Shown in pieces: positions 1-10,626 of a stretch of 64,000 bases of DNA. Every line of letters starts with the position of its first letter. Position 1 is the stretch's first letter. Source of the stretch: Anthoceros angustus (taxonomy: Eukaryota; Plantae; Anthocerotophyta); the NCBI GenBank assembly GCA_010909165.1, contig MU008180.1:929884-993883 (forward strand), in the 5' to 3' direction. Made by a program: the position numbers and the translations under genes. The notes below the pieces were generated by a model that was not told the origin of the DNA, did no database searches, and was given only the letters and a program-made list of their open reading frames with translations.

Positions 1-962
1 CAAATGCTACATCATCCTCCTGCTGCATCCAGCCAATCCACAGTCCATGCGTACTACCTCTGTCCAGCTTCACACCCCGCTGCTTCTCTATGGCATCCAT
101 GGCTGTTTCCACCAGGAAGCTCTTGAACCGCAGGCTCTCTTCAGCGCGAGTGTGCGTTTCTGTGTTCACCACGAAGTCATGCACTTCGCAATCGTTCCCC
201 GCTGCAACACGCATTATCCACCCCCACAAATTAAAGATATCAGCACATACTGCACAAATCCGTGGCCAGTTGGTGAGCATCGGTGTAGGAAATTGCACCA
301 CCTTTGTCTTTATCCCGCCGGGTGGGTGCCAAGCTGTATGGTATCTCCCACTGAACTCCACTCTGGTCGCTCCTTGGAGTGGGCGTGGGTTTAGCTACCT
401 TGTCCGAATGACATATGTTGATGAACACCTGGAATCCCATTGTTGCCCAGAGCCTTAAAGATCGTCAACATTTGCATTCTACTTGCTCTTCAGGGAGAAT
501 ATCCATGTTCATCATGCAACCGTCTCTACCTTACCTTGCCATTGGAGATCTTGTTTTTGGTCTTGGCACAAAAATCAACCTGAGGAATAATGAGCTCCTT
601 CCCATCCATGGAGAAATTGGACCTCTCCTCCATCATCTTAATGTAGCCTTCCGCCTCCTGCCCACATAAAGATAGCTCAACACCAGTCGCAAATGCAAAT
701 CCAAGCACCATGCAATCTCAAGCCTTCCACACCCTAACCTCCTTGCTAGCAGGCTCCGAGATTTCCTTCGCGTACTCGTCCAGCAACTCCATGAACTTAG
801 GGTCTTTCATGGCCTTGGTCAGCCTGCCCAGTTCCTGCGGCATCATCAAGCAGGAACTCGTGTGAAATGCAAACTCTGGTTGCTCTTTACAGCAATCTCT
901 CCAGGACGGCTTCTCAATACCTCGTGCGTCAGATTGAGCTTCTCCAGCACAGCATCTGCCAT
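1..962 (-). CDS. DNAAF2: Kintoun/PF13-like PIH1-domain axonemal dynein assembly factor (5' part; continues beyond window start)
   Basis: GT-AG spliced exons (921-962, 739-834, ~531-659, ~301-430, ~58-200) give MADAVLEKLNLTHEELGRLTKAMKDPKFMELLDEYAKEISEPASKE...VFINICHSDKV...WEIPYSLAPTRRDKDKAGNDCEVHDFVVN. This matches the Kintoun N-terminus (L..EE..RL..A..DP.F.....YA.E...P) and PIH1 motifs (F.N.C, W..PYSL.P). Confidence 0.8.
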
Positions 963-1867
963 TTCCAGCCTATTCCAGAACTACACAAAATCTGTCTCCG
1001 GCGTAGCACAGCATTCACAACGTGGTCTTACCCACCTCTAAACCGATCCCACATGCCTTCTCCACCCTCCGTGCTCACGGCGCACATCATCATGTTCCTT
1101 GCCTAGCTTATTAATCTTGCATGCCCGTTTAACACATGCACGCAGGCCGCATTGCCTAAAGCCATCCAAACTTCGGGCTTGACAAACCCTGCTGGTGCGG
1201 CTGAGCTTCTGCAACGATCAAACATGTGTCGGCAGCATTGTTCGAGCTGGATTTGCGAACTATTCTGAGCCCAGTCTGTTGAATACGCACTTCGGAGCTC
1301 CAATTCTGGGCGGAGGAATCTGCCGCACTTCACAAGGGCTTGACAGGGCAATTCCTCAGGGCAGTTGTACGGACATCAATCACCACGTCACGATTGCCTC
1401 CAGATGCTCGCTTGAAGACAATCCGAAGCCAAGATCGCACCTGAGCTCCAGACACCGTGAGACGGTTTGTTTACCGTTCATCACCGGTATCCCCGTCACC
1501 AGTCACTGGCAGTGTCCAGTTCCCCCTAATGTCAGACCTTTTCCACCAAGAAACAGGTACAAATTTTAATAAATCTTGGATCGATGTCCTGAGCTTATGG
1601 TTTACTGATTTGCTACCAAATCTATAAAAGTGGCTGGATATGAATCATACAGGCAACTCGATTTTTATAAGGTGAACGAACAACAATTTGAATATGGAGC
1701 ATTATGATACGGGATGAAAAGTCAAAGGGAACGAAAATATATAAATGATCATCAATAATTCAAAAGCATTTCCAAATGGAAATAGTATCTAAGCTTTAAT
1801 ATATATTTAAGAATTTCAACCTCATAGTTCGTCTTAAAATTTATTCAAGAGCTTGGTAGATGTCAAT

Positions 1868-4800
1868 ATGCGCCATCCACATTTCTCCCCAGAACTAGAG
1901 ACTGGACTAGGAGATGTAGAAGAAGCAGAGAGTAGACCAGGAGAAGTGGAAGAACCAAAGACTAGATTAGCAGAAGCAGAAGGATCGGCGAATTTACAAT
2001 TCCTACCACAAGCCGAGATAGTAGAGGAGCAACAACAAGAAATTCAAATTTCGAAAGAAGATTCAAATGAGTAAGATAATCAAATGTATAACAATGTTCT
2101 TGTTAACAAATGATGTATAGTTGTGAGGATCATGTAAAATGTTATTTTTCCTTTTTGTGTAGAGGGAAAAAGGGAAGCTTCAAGAAGGGGGACCATCTAA
2201 GGAAAATACGAAGAGCCACTGCAGAACGTTTCAATGATGTGTTTTTGCTTGCAAATCGCAAAAACGTTGATGATGTCATCACCCCAGGAAGACATGCGCT
2301 AACAAATGCTCAAGCCAACCGTCGAGATTGGTGGAAGCCAAGATTTTCTGAGCCATTAAAAACCTGGATTTTTGGAAAGGTGCTTGATCCTCGAAGTCAC
2401 TGGGTTCAGAGTATTAATAAAGCATTGCTTATATCTTATGCCCTAGGGGCCGCTATTGATCCACTCTTTTTGTATGTTATTGCTGTGCACCATGATCTTA
2501 AATGCATATATGTGGAGGGTCTATCTCTGGTTGTGTTGTGTCTTCTGAGGAATATAAACAATGGTATGATAATTTTCTACATGCGACAACAATGTAGATT
2601 GAGTTATTTGTATGTGGATTCTATGCGTATAGGAAGAGGGGAGTTGGTTTTCGATCCAATTCGCATAGTGAAACATTATCTAAAAGGGCCATTTGCATTT
2701 GACTTTATTATGATTTTACCAGTCGCAGAGGTATTTATTTTTTATCATAGGATTTATGCAAATATTGAAAGGTGTTCATAGAAAAATAAATAAGATATTA
2801 GTATGAGTTGTTGAACTTGTTTTTCTTGGTTCACTGATCAAGTCTTCTTTTTTATGCAGTGCACTCTTTGGATAATTGTTCCTAAAATGATTCGTGGAGG
2901 AGTGAAATCTACATACATAATCAGCGTGATTTTAGTAACTTTTTGGTGTCAATATTTTATCAAAATATTTCATGTTTTTCACTTGATGCGTCGTTTACAA
3001 CGTGTAACTGGATATATTTTTGGAACACCGTGGTGGGGTTTCGCTCTCAATGCCATAGCATATTGCATAAGTGCCCATGTAAGGTCAATAACAAATTTCA
3101 CCTATTCAATAATGAGGTAGTTCAACATTTTTAAAAACTATCCTTTGTAAGATTATTAGAATTTAGATGATTCTTAATTATGCAAGAAAAAAATAAAAAT
3201 TGATATATCAATGATTTTATATCACATACGTAATGAATGTTCTGGATTACATTAATAGGTTGCTGGTTCCATATGGTATCTCCTCACGATGCAAAGAGTT
3301 TCAAGATGTATGCGCAAAATGTGTGACAATATTTCAGGATGTGATCACAAAGTAATAGGATGTCCAACTGGAACACTCTATCATATGAACCTAATACCAA
3401 ATAGCCATCAAACAACATGGAGTAATGATCCAAGTGTCTTATCTACTTGTTTTGGATCAAGTCCTTCCTATAATTATGGAATTTATCAATCTGCAGTTCC
3501 ATTAGTGACAGAACAAAATCATATTCAACGTGTCTTGTATCCATTTTTTTGGGGATTAATGACTTTCAGGTAGGCTATTGTTTATTGCCGATGAATGATA
3601 TTGTAAAAAAATTGAATAAAGATATTCAATAAATAAATATTTTTGTTTAATTTAGTTCTTGTAATCGTATATTTCTTTTTATTGATGGCAGCACATTTGG
3701 CAATAATTTGACACCAACAGATAATTTACTAGAAATCGTGTTTTGTCTTTTCATTGTAATATGCGGGCTACTTCTTTTCATGCTACTTATCGGTAACATA
3801 CAAGTAAGCACCCAAATTTAATTTACATGAGATTCAGTAGATAAATATTTAATTATAAATTAATGTTTAATTAACATATGTTTAAAAATTAATTTATAAT
3901 ATTAATATGGTTAATTAATCATATATTATTAATTATTAATATTTAATATTATCATATATAAATATTAGTATATTATTATATATTATTAATAATATCTTGA
4001 TCAAAATCTATTGTCAAGTTCAAGTAGGTATTTCTTCAAGCTATGAATACAAGAAAAGAAGCCATGCAATTGAGGGTTAGAGATCTAGGATGGTGGATGA
4101 AAAGACGTCGCATATCCTCACGTTTGAGAAAGAGAGTTTTTCACTATGAACGTGAAAAATGGGCAGCTATGAGGGGCGTTGACGAAGATGAATTATTGCA
4201 AGACCTCCCTGAAGGTTTGAGAAGAGATGTTAAACGACACTTATGCATAGACCTTATACAACAGGTATATTGTGCATGTAAAATAATAAAGCTTGCTTTA
4301 GGTCTTCCAAGAATAAAACAATATTCATGTACACCTAATGTGCTTTAAGAAAGCATTATGTGCTGAATTACTTGGACATTTTTGTGATTCACTCTCTTGG
4401 TGTGTAAAATGCTAATTCAATGTTCTTCTATCTTTTTAGGTGCCCATTTTTCAGCATCTTGATGATCTTGTGTTGGATAATATGTGTGATCGTCTCAAAC
4501 CTTTTCTTTATATAAAGAATGAATTGGTAGGAATTGGCTCCTAACTTAGATGAATTATACTCTACAAGTACAATGAATTGTTTCTACATACTCTTGCTAT
4601 CCTTTTATGTTCTTAATTTTGAGATATACATGCATATACTCCAGATTATAAGAGAAGGTGATCCCACACGAAGGATGTTATTTATATTACGAGGAGTTTT
4701 GGAATGTACACATACTCTCTACCACTCCAAGATAAGCCAAATAGTGCTCGGCTCTGGACAATTTTGTGGTGAAGAATTGTTATCTTGGTGTTTAAAACAT

Positions 4801-5205
4801 GCGGGTTCTGAAGCTAATGTTCCATTACCTCCCTCAACGGCAACTATCATTAGTCTAGAAGGAACAGAAGTTTTTGCATTCGAGGCTGTAGACTTGAAAT
4901 ACATTATTGATCATTTTAGATACATGTTTGAAAGCAAGAAATTGCGAGCAATCACTCGCTATTATTCTCCAAGTTGGAGAACTTGGGCAGCTGTAACTAT
5001 TCAATTTGCTTGGCTTAGATATTTACATAGGCAAGGAAAAATTAGAAAAAAAAAGAAAAATCTAGAAGTAAGTTCAAATGATAGCGAATCTTCTCATTCT
5101 TCTTCTTCTCGTAGGAAAAGTGCACTTGGTAAAACTCCTTCTGATCAACTCCACAAGTTTAGAGAGATAGCTCATTTTTTCCACCTAAAACCAAGTTTTT
5201 CCTAA
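1868..5205 (+). CDS. CNGC: Cyclic nucleotide-gated channel, group IV-B (CNGC2/CNGC4-like), multi-exon
   Basis: Exons encode VLDPRSHWVQ, TGYIFGTPWWGFALN, pore FFWGLMTFSTFGNNLTPTDNLLEIVF, C-linker WWMKRR...LPEGLRRDVKRHLC, CNBD GQFCGEELLSWCL...LPPST and IQ motif WRTWAAVTIQFAW. First exon/start is less certain. Confidence 0.92.
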
Positions 5206-5751
5206 AATTTTAACTTATACTGCGTACCTGCCTTTGATTTAGGGTTCTCCGTGTTGAGTATGTGTTTGAAAGGAGAACGCTCCTTGTTGATGAAAATAAA
5301 AACCACGTAAAAAAAATTGTTGTCTTATGTTATGGGGTCAGTCCCAGCAGAAATGCTAGATTAATGCATAATGATGTGTGACCAAGCCGTGGGGAAGGTA
5401 ACTACTTCAAAGCCTGAAAGGAACGACGAACTCCATAGCAGAGTTGCAAGAGATGTGTCGGTCGCCCGGAACGGAACTGCGGTCAGCATTTCTGGTACAT
5501 TTCAGCGTGGATCGCCAGACTCAGCTCATTGATCCTGCCATCCGATCGCTGATGAGAAGAGCCTCCTGGAGGAAATTGGGTATGGATCAAGTGCAGCAGG
5601 GCGTCTTCTTACCTGAGTAAGGGCCAGGCCGCAATGGGGTACCGACTACCGTGTGAGCTGTGAGTCGGGGAGATGGAACACAACCGTCTCGGCGGGAGAA
5701 CGGCACGGACTCAGGGCTGCAGCAAGAAGAGAAGCCGGTAGTGCAGATGAC

Positions 5752-8700
5752 ATGTCGCTGCATGTCTGCAGCAAGCCAAGTTCGCTGGACCAGTGTTGTA
5801 GCTGCGAGGAGCAGGAGCCGCAGGATGGCAACGACCTGCCGATCGAGGCACAGTTTGCAGGGAGGAGGAAGTTCGCGGACAAAGGGTTCCTTCCCAGTCC
5901 TGGCGGCAGCAATCGAGGTCTTGGCGTGTACAGGGGACGGGAATGGCACGCGGGCCAGTGCAATCTGGAGGGACATAATTTTGAAGTGCATGCCGACGAG
6001 GCGAGCGGCTGGCATGTCCCCCACCACATGCGAACCAGGAGCGGGGATCTTTACACAAAGATTGGGTGGGACGAGGAGGCCCACGGAATGCAAGACAGCG
6101 TTGACGAGGACAGCGATGAAGAAAGCGTGGGGAACGTGGGAGGTGACAGGTTGGAAGGGGAGGAGTGGATTACCAGTGGTGGCGGGCGATATGTCGTCAA
6201 GGGACAGGGCTCCTGGGGCGATGGCTCGGGCACTGGCTTCTCTGCGGACCCGGAAGGACTTTTTTCGACGACTTTGAAACTTCTTTCGGGGCGCTCCCGT
6301 GAGGCGGAGAGAGAGCCAGGGCATGCCGGGGTGGCAAGAGTGTTAGGCTTCAACAAGCAGCGCGGAGGTATCCTTCTTTCTCCTAGAGGCGTCACAGGCT
6401 TCAAAGACTGGTATTTGAAAAGAACCTCCCTCGCCAAGGCAACCAGCAAGTTGGAGGCTCCTCCCAAGTCCAAGTACATTCGGAAGCTGGTCTTATCCTC
6501 ATGGAAGCACAACGGAGCGGGGGCAGCCACGGTGTGTAGTCCAATTCCCTGTCTTTGTTGCTCAGCACCACGTCTGCTTGGCCTTCTAAGTTGTTCCGTC
6601 ATGAAACCACCTGGTTGCAGATATTCTCCCTTCTTTGTAAGCTGCCTCTGCTTTCTTCGCCTATTGTGACTCTCAAGGCTCTGATAACGGTGCACAAGTT
6701 GATGCAACAAGGACCAGCAGAATGCTTGGTCTCCTGCTATGCCAAGCTACCAGTTTTGAAGGAGGTGGTCAACAGCTGGGCTTCTCCGCTCAGTAAGGGA
6801 GGGTCTTATTGTCCACTCATCTGCGCCTACGCATCAATGCTGGTTGAGAAGACCAGATTTCACCACAGCTTCCCGGCTTTCGCGAATAACTACTCTGTCG
6901 ACTTCACTAGAACACCCAACAGTGAGAACTACGTACCTATCACAACAGGTGCCCTAGCATGCCTGCAGAATATTCAAGACGATATACTCCAGGCTTTGAA
7001 CGAGGGCTTTTCACTCCTGAAGGAGAAACGTACCATGCAAGGAGAGGATATAGTTGGTAACGGCGTGGTCACTGTGACTGAAGGAAATCGGAACCAAGCT
7101 TCCCATAAAGGAGGAGCTTCTGATCCTGTCGGTCTGATAGGAGCAGTTTTGATCCCCGTCTTGAGGGAGGCTGACCTGGTGTATGATATATGCTGGTATT
7201 TGATATCATCTCTTACATCAATGGCCACTGAGGATCAAGTGCCCAAGGCACCAGCTTCCCATGAGCTAGTAATAATGACAAGAAAATTTGAAGCACAGCA
7301 CAGAATGCTGCGCAGGATGTTTGACCAGGCTCGATGTGAGCCATCGATAGCCTGCAGCGTAGCTCCACCAAGCCTTCGGCCGGAACCCCCACGAGTTCTC
7401 ATTAACGAAGTGGCTATGTTAAGTATGGATGAGAGGTAAACAACTGCAGCATGTTGTGTGGTTGGAACCTCCGACATGGCGTCTACTTTGCCGTTTAACC
7501 TTTCTCTCACACAATTCTGTCTGTAGCTCAAGGGTTGAAGCTCTAGACTTCGAGGAGTCTCCAGATAACGTGGGAATTCTGCTCAAGGAAAACGAAGGAC
7601 TAGATTACACGACTCCAAAGTCCAGGCCTCAATCTGGTTCTGAGCATGACAAGACTGAAGCAAGGGACGATGAGATACTCCTCCATCCATCAGACAGCAA
7701 GCTCCTTCAGTTCCCTTCTGCAGGCTCCTCCCATCAGCGCCAAGAAGTGAACAGTGGACCCATCGTTGGAGGAGTCGGAGCAGCAGCAGCTGCTGCTATC
7801 CAGCGATTCGCTGCAGGTCTGACTTGAGTCTGTAATATGTTTCCACGTTCATGGCAAGCATCAGTCTGTCTACAGGTGGAAGTGCTTTGGTGATGACGTT
7901 CCTACATTGCTTGATGTTGCTTTAGGACAAGCCGAAGCTCGAAGGGCAGCTGCATCAGAATGTCCGCTCACACCTCCGGGTGGTTTCAAGAACATCAAGT
8001 TGGAGCCACCGCCTCCAAACTTTGGACGAGCGCATTTCACTGGGCTTGAGCGACCATCAAAGCCACAGCACACTCGGGGCAGCGGACGGGAATGGAGCAG
8101 CTTTGATGATGAGGTGTTTTATCATCAGCACTACGCTACGCCTTCCAGTCCCACACTTCACCAGTGTCCCAGGTTTTTGTCTCCAAGAGAGCAGGCTGTT
8201 TCAAGGCCTTCAGAGGCATTACACGCTGCAGATCATGGTCATGCAGCATCACCACAGAAAAGAGGCTGTGAGAGTCCAGGGTACACCAGCTTTTCAATGG
8301 AGAAAGCTAAGCAGAACAAGGACCTGAGAAGAGGGCACGAAGGAACCAGAAACAGTTGTTGCCTCTTTGATGGGCCCGCTATGGCAGCCTCTGGAATGTC
8401 CACAGAACATGCTACATTCGCCCGACTATCTAGTGTCTCTAGAAGAGATGGTCCTCCGGCGCTTGAGGCTGCAAGTGTGTCATTTCAACACCACCAGCAT
8501 GCCTCACAACAGCAGCAAACATCACCAGCAAGCTGTCGTCATTCGAAGGAGATGGGAGATCCGTATGCACATGACCTTCAGCTATTAGCTGAAAATCAAG
8601 TGGAAGCGCCATTGATCCAGTTGGAAGTGCCCCTGATTGATGTGGATACACCCCTTGTTCACTTGAGGAATCCTTCACTAGATTTTGAGCAGCCTTCCTT

Positions 8701-10626
8701 GATCGATACAGACTTGCGTCCCACCAGACTAGAAGGATCATGTCAGATGGACGTCCCTGCCGACAGGCTAGAAGTACCATGTCAGACGGAAGTGCCTCTG
8801 ATAGATTTGGATGACAGCAGGGTACCTACTGGGGACTGCAGAACTTTAGGGACAGAGGAGGCGTTTGCTAAGTTGTGCTTTGGAGTCAACTCAGCGGTAA
8901 CCGATCGCCTTCTCATGGCTACTGAAGATGTGCTGCCAACTGCACCAGCTTCATGGCAGCTAGGAGCTGCCTCCATGTCAGACTCGACAGCTTGGAAGGA
9001 CGATTTACATCCTGTCGGACTGGGTCGAAATAATGCGAAGATGGAGACTCTGCCGAAACTGGCTAGCGTAGCAGACTGGGAAATTCCTCCCTCTGAGCTC
9101 AAACTTGGTCCGAAAATTGGGCAGGTAAATCCCTTCCCAATTCCGTGCGCGGGCTGGTTGCATCAAAGGTATCAAATGTTTGCCGGAGAGTTACTTGAGC
9201 TCGTGCTGTCCGTACGTGCAGGGTGCCTTTGGTGATGTCTTGAAAGGAACATGGCAAGGCACGGATGTCGCCGTGAAGCGTCTCCAGAATGCTTTGGTGT
9301 CTGGTGTGCTGCAGGCATATGAGGACTTCAGCCGTGAGGTTGTCTTCTCTTTGAACTTGCACCTTTGTGTGAGGTTTAGCAGAAGCAGCACAGGTTCTTT
9401 AATGATGAAGAGCTCGGGAAGAAAGCAATTGACATTTGCAGCAGGTGCTCTCACACTGCTAAAGGTCTACATTTCCTATGAGTTGGGTGGACGATGACGC
9501 CCATTTTGATATGTTCTCGTTGGTTGCAGGTTGCTCTCGTCATGAGGTTGCGCCATCCAAACATCATTTTGTTCATGGGCGCATGCACAGTGCCTCCAGA
9601 AGTGTGCATAGTGATGGAATATGCAGCCAATGGGAGCCTCTATAGTGTGCTCCATAATCCGAACATTGCAATTGACATGGCCACTGTTGTGCGATGGGCA
9701 ACAGAAGCGGCTCGCGGAATGAACTACCTCCACACGCGCAGGTATTACTGAAGCTCTAATCCTTGCTCTTTCTGACGTGTCTTGAATATACAAAGATGAT
9801 AACCGTGTCATTCCTTCGTGTATGTGAAAAACACACTGCTGCGCTTTAAACAAAAGGGCTAAGATGCATCTGGTAATGAAAAAGGAATCTAGGACAATCC
9901 TTTAACATCGTAGGTATCGTCTCAGCCCTCTGCCTTTTGTTGGTGAATGTGTGGACCAGTCCTGCAGTTGTTCACCGTGACCTTAAATCTGTGAATTTGT
10001 TGGTGGATGAGGATTGGCACATTAAAGTTTCAGATTTTGGCCTTGCCATGACTAAGCAAAACGCATATGCCTACACACAGGTATTCACTTGCAGGCTTCC
10101 TATTACAAATCCTTCTTCTTGTAAGGGAATTAACAACCATGAAATAACACAAGGCGTGTTTCACCAGTATAGATGCCAGCCTCTCCTTCTGCCGCTTACT
10201 CTGTCTTGGAATTCCAGGTAGGAACATGGGGTTGGATGGCACCGGAAGTACTTGATGCTGCACCCTACGATGAGAAAGCTGATGTCTACAGTTTTGCAGT
10301 GGTGCTTTGGGAGCTTGTGACAAGGAAGGAACCCTTCAAAGGTTACCACCCAATGCAGGTAACCACAATGTGTGTAGCCTTCGTCAGTTCATGTTATGCC
10401 AGTTTTTTGGTCGATTACGTTCCACTGCAGACAATCCACCTGTAAAATTATGTGTTGAACCGTGCAGATCATGAGAGCGATTGATCGAGGAGAAAGGCCA
10501 CAGATACCTGATGGTTGTCCTCTTCCTTACAAGCACTTGATTCAGAGGTGCTGGTGCAGGGATCCTAGGCAAAGACCCACATTTGAGCAGATATTGGAGC
10601 ACCTAGCAGGCATAACTATGCTCTAA
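5752..10626 (+). CDS. ANTH (Sla2/HIP1-like) domain + Raf-like/TKL Ser/Thr kinase, putative fusion protein
   Basis: ANTH: [25 protein letters not shown] / [24 protein letters not shown] / [13 protein letters not shown] (6420-6900). Kinase: [66 protein letters not shown] (9076-10626). Start, one linker splice junction (~7620-7876) and the last exon are uncertain. Confidence 0.78.

Noticed and set aside
3852-3925. Palindromic hairpins in the AT-only CNGC intron
   Set aside because: Inverted repeats are expected by chance at such extreme AT content; no TIR/TSD structure.
5549-5580. CTGATGAG...GAAA hammerhead-like core
   Set aside because: Stems I-III cannot be formed.
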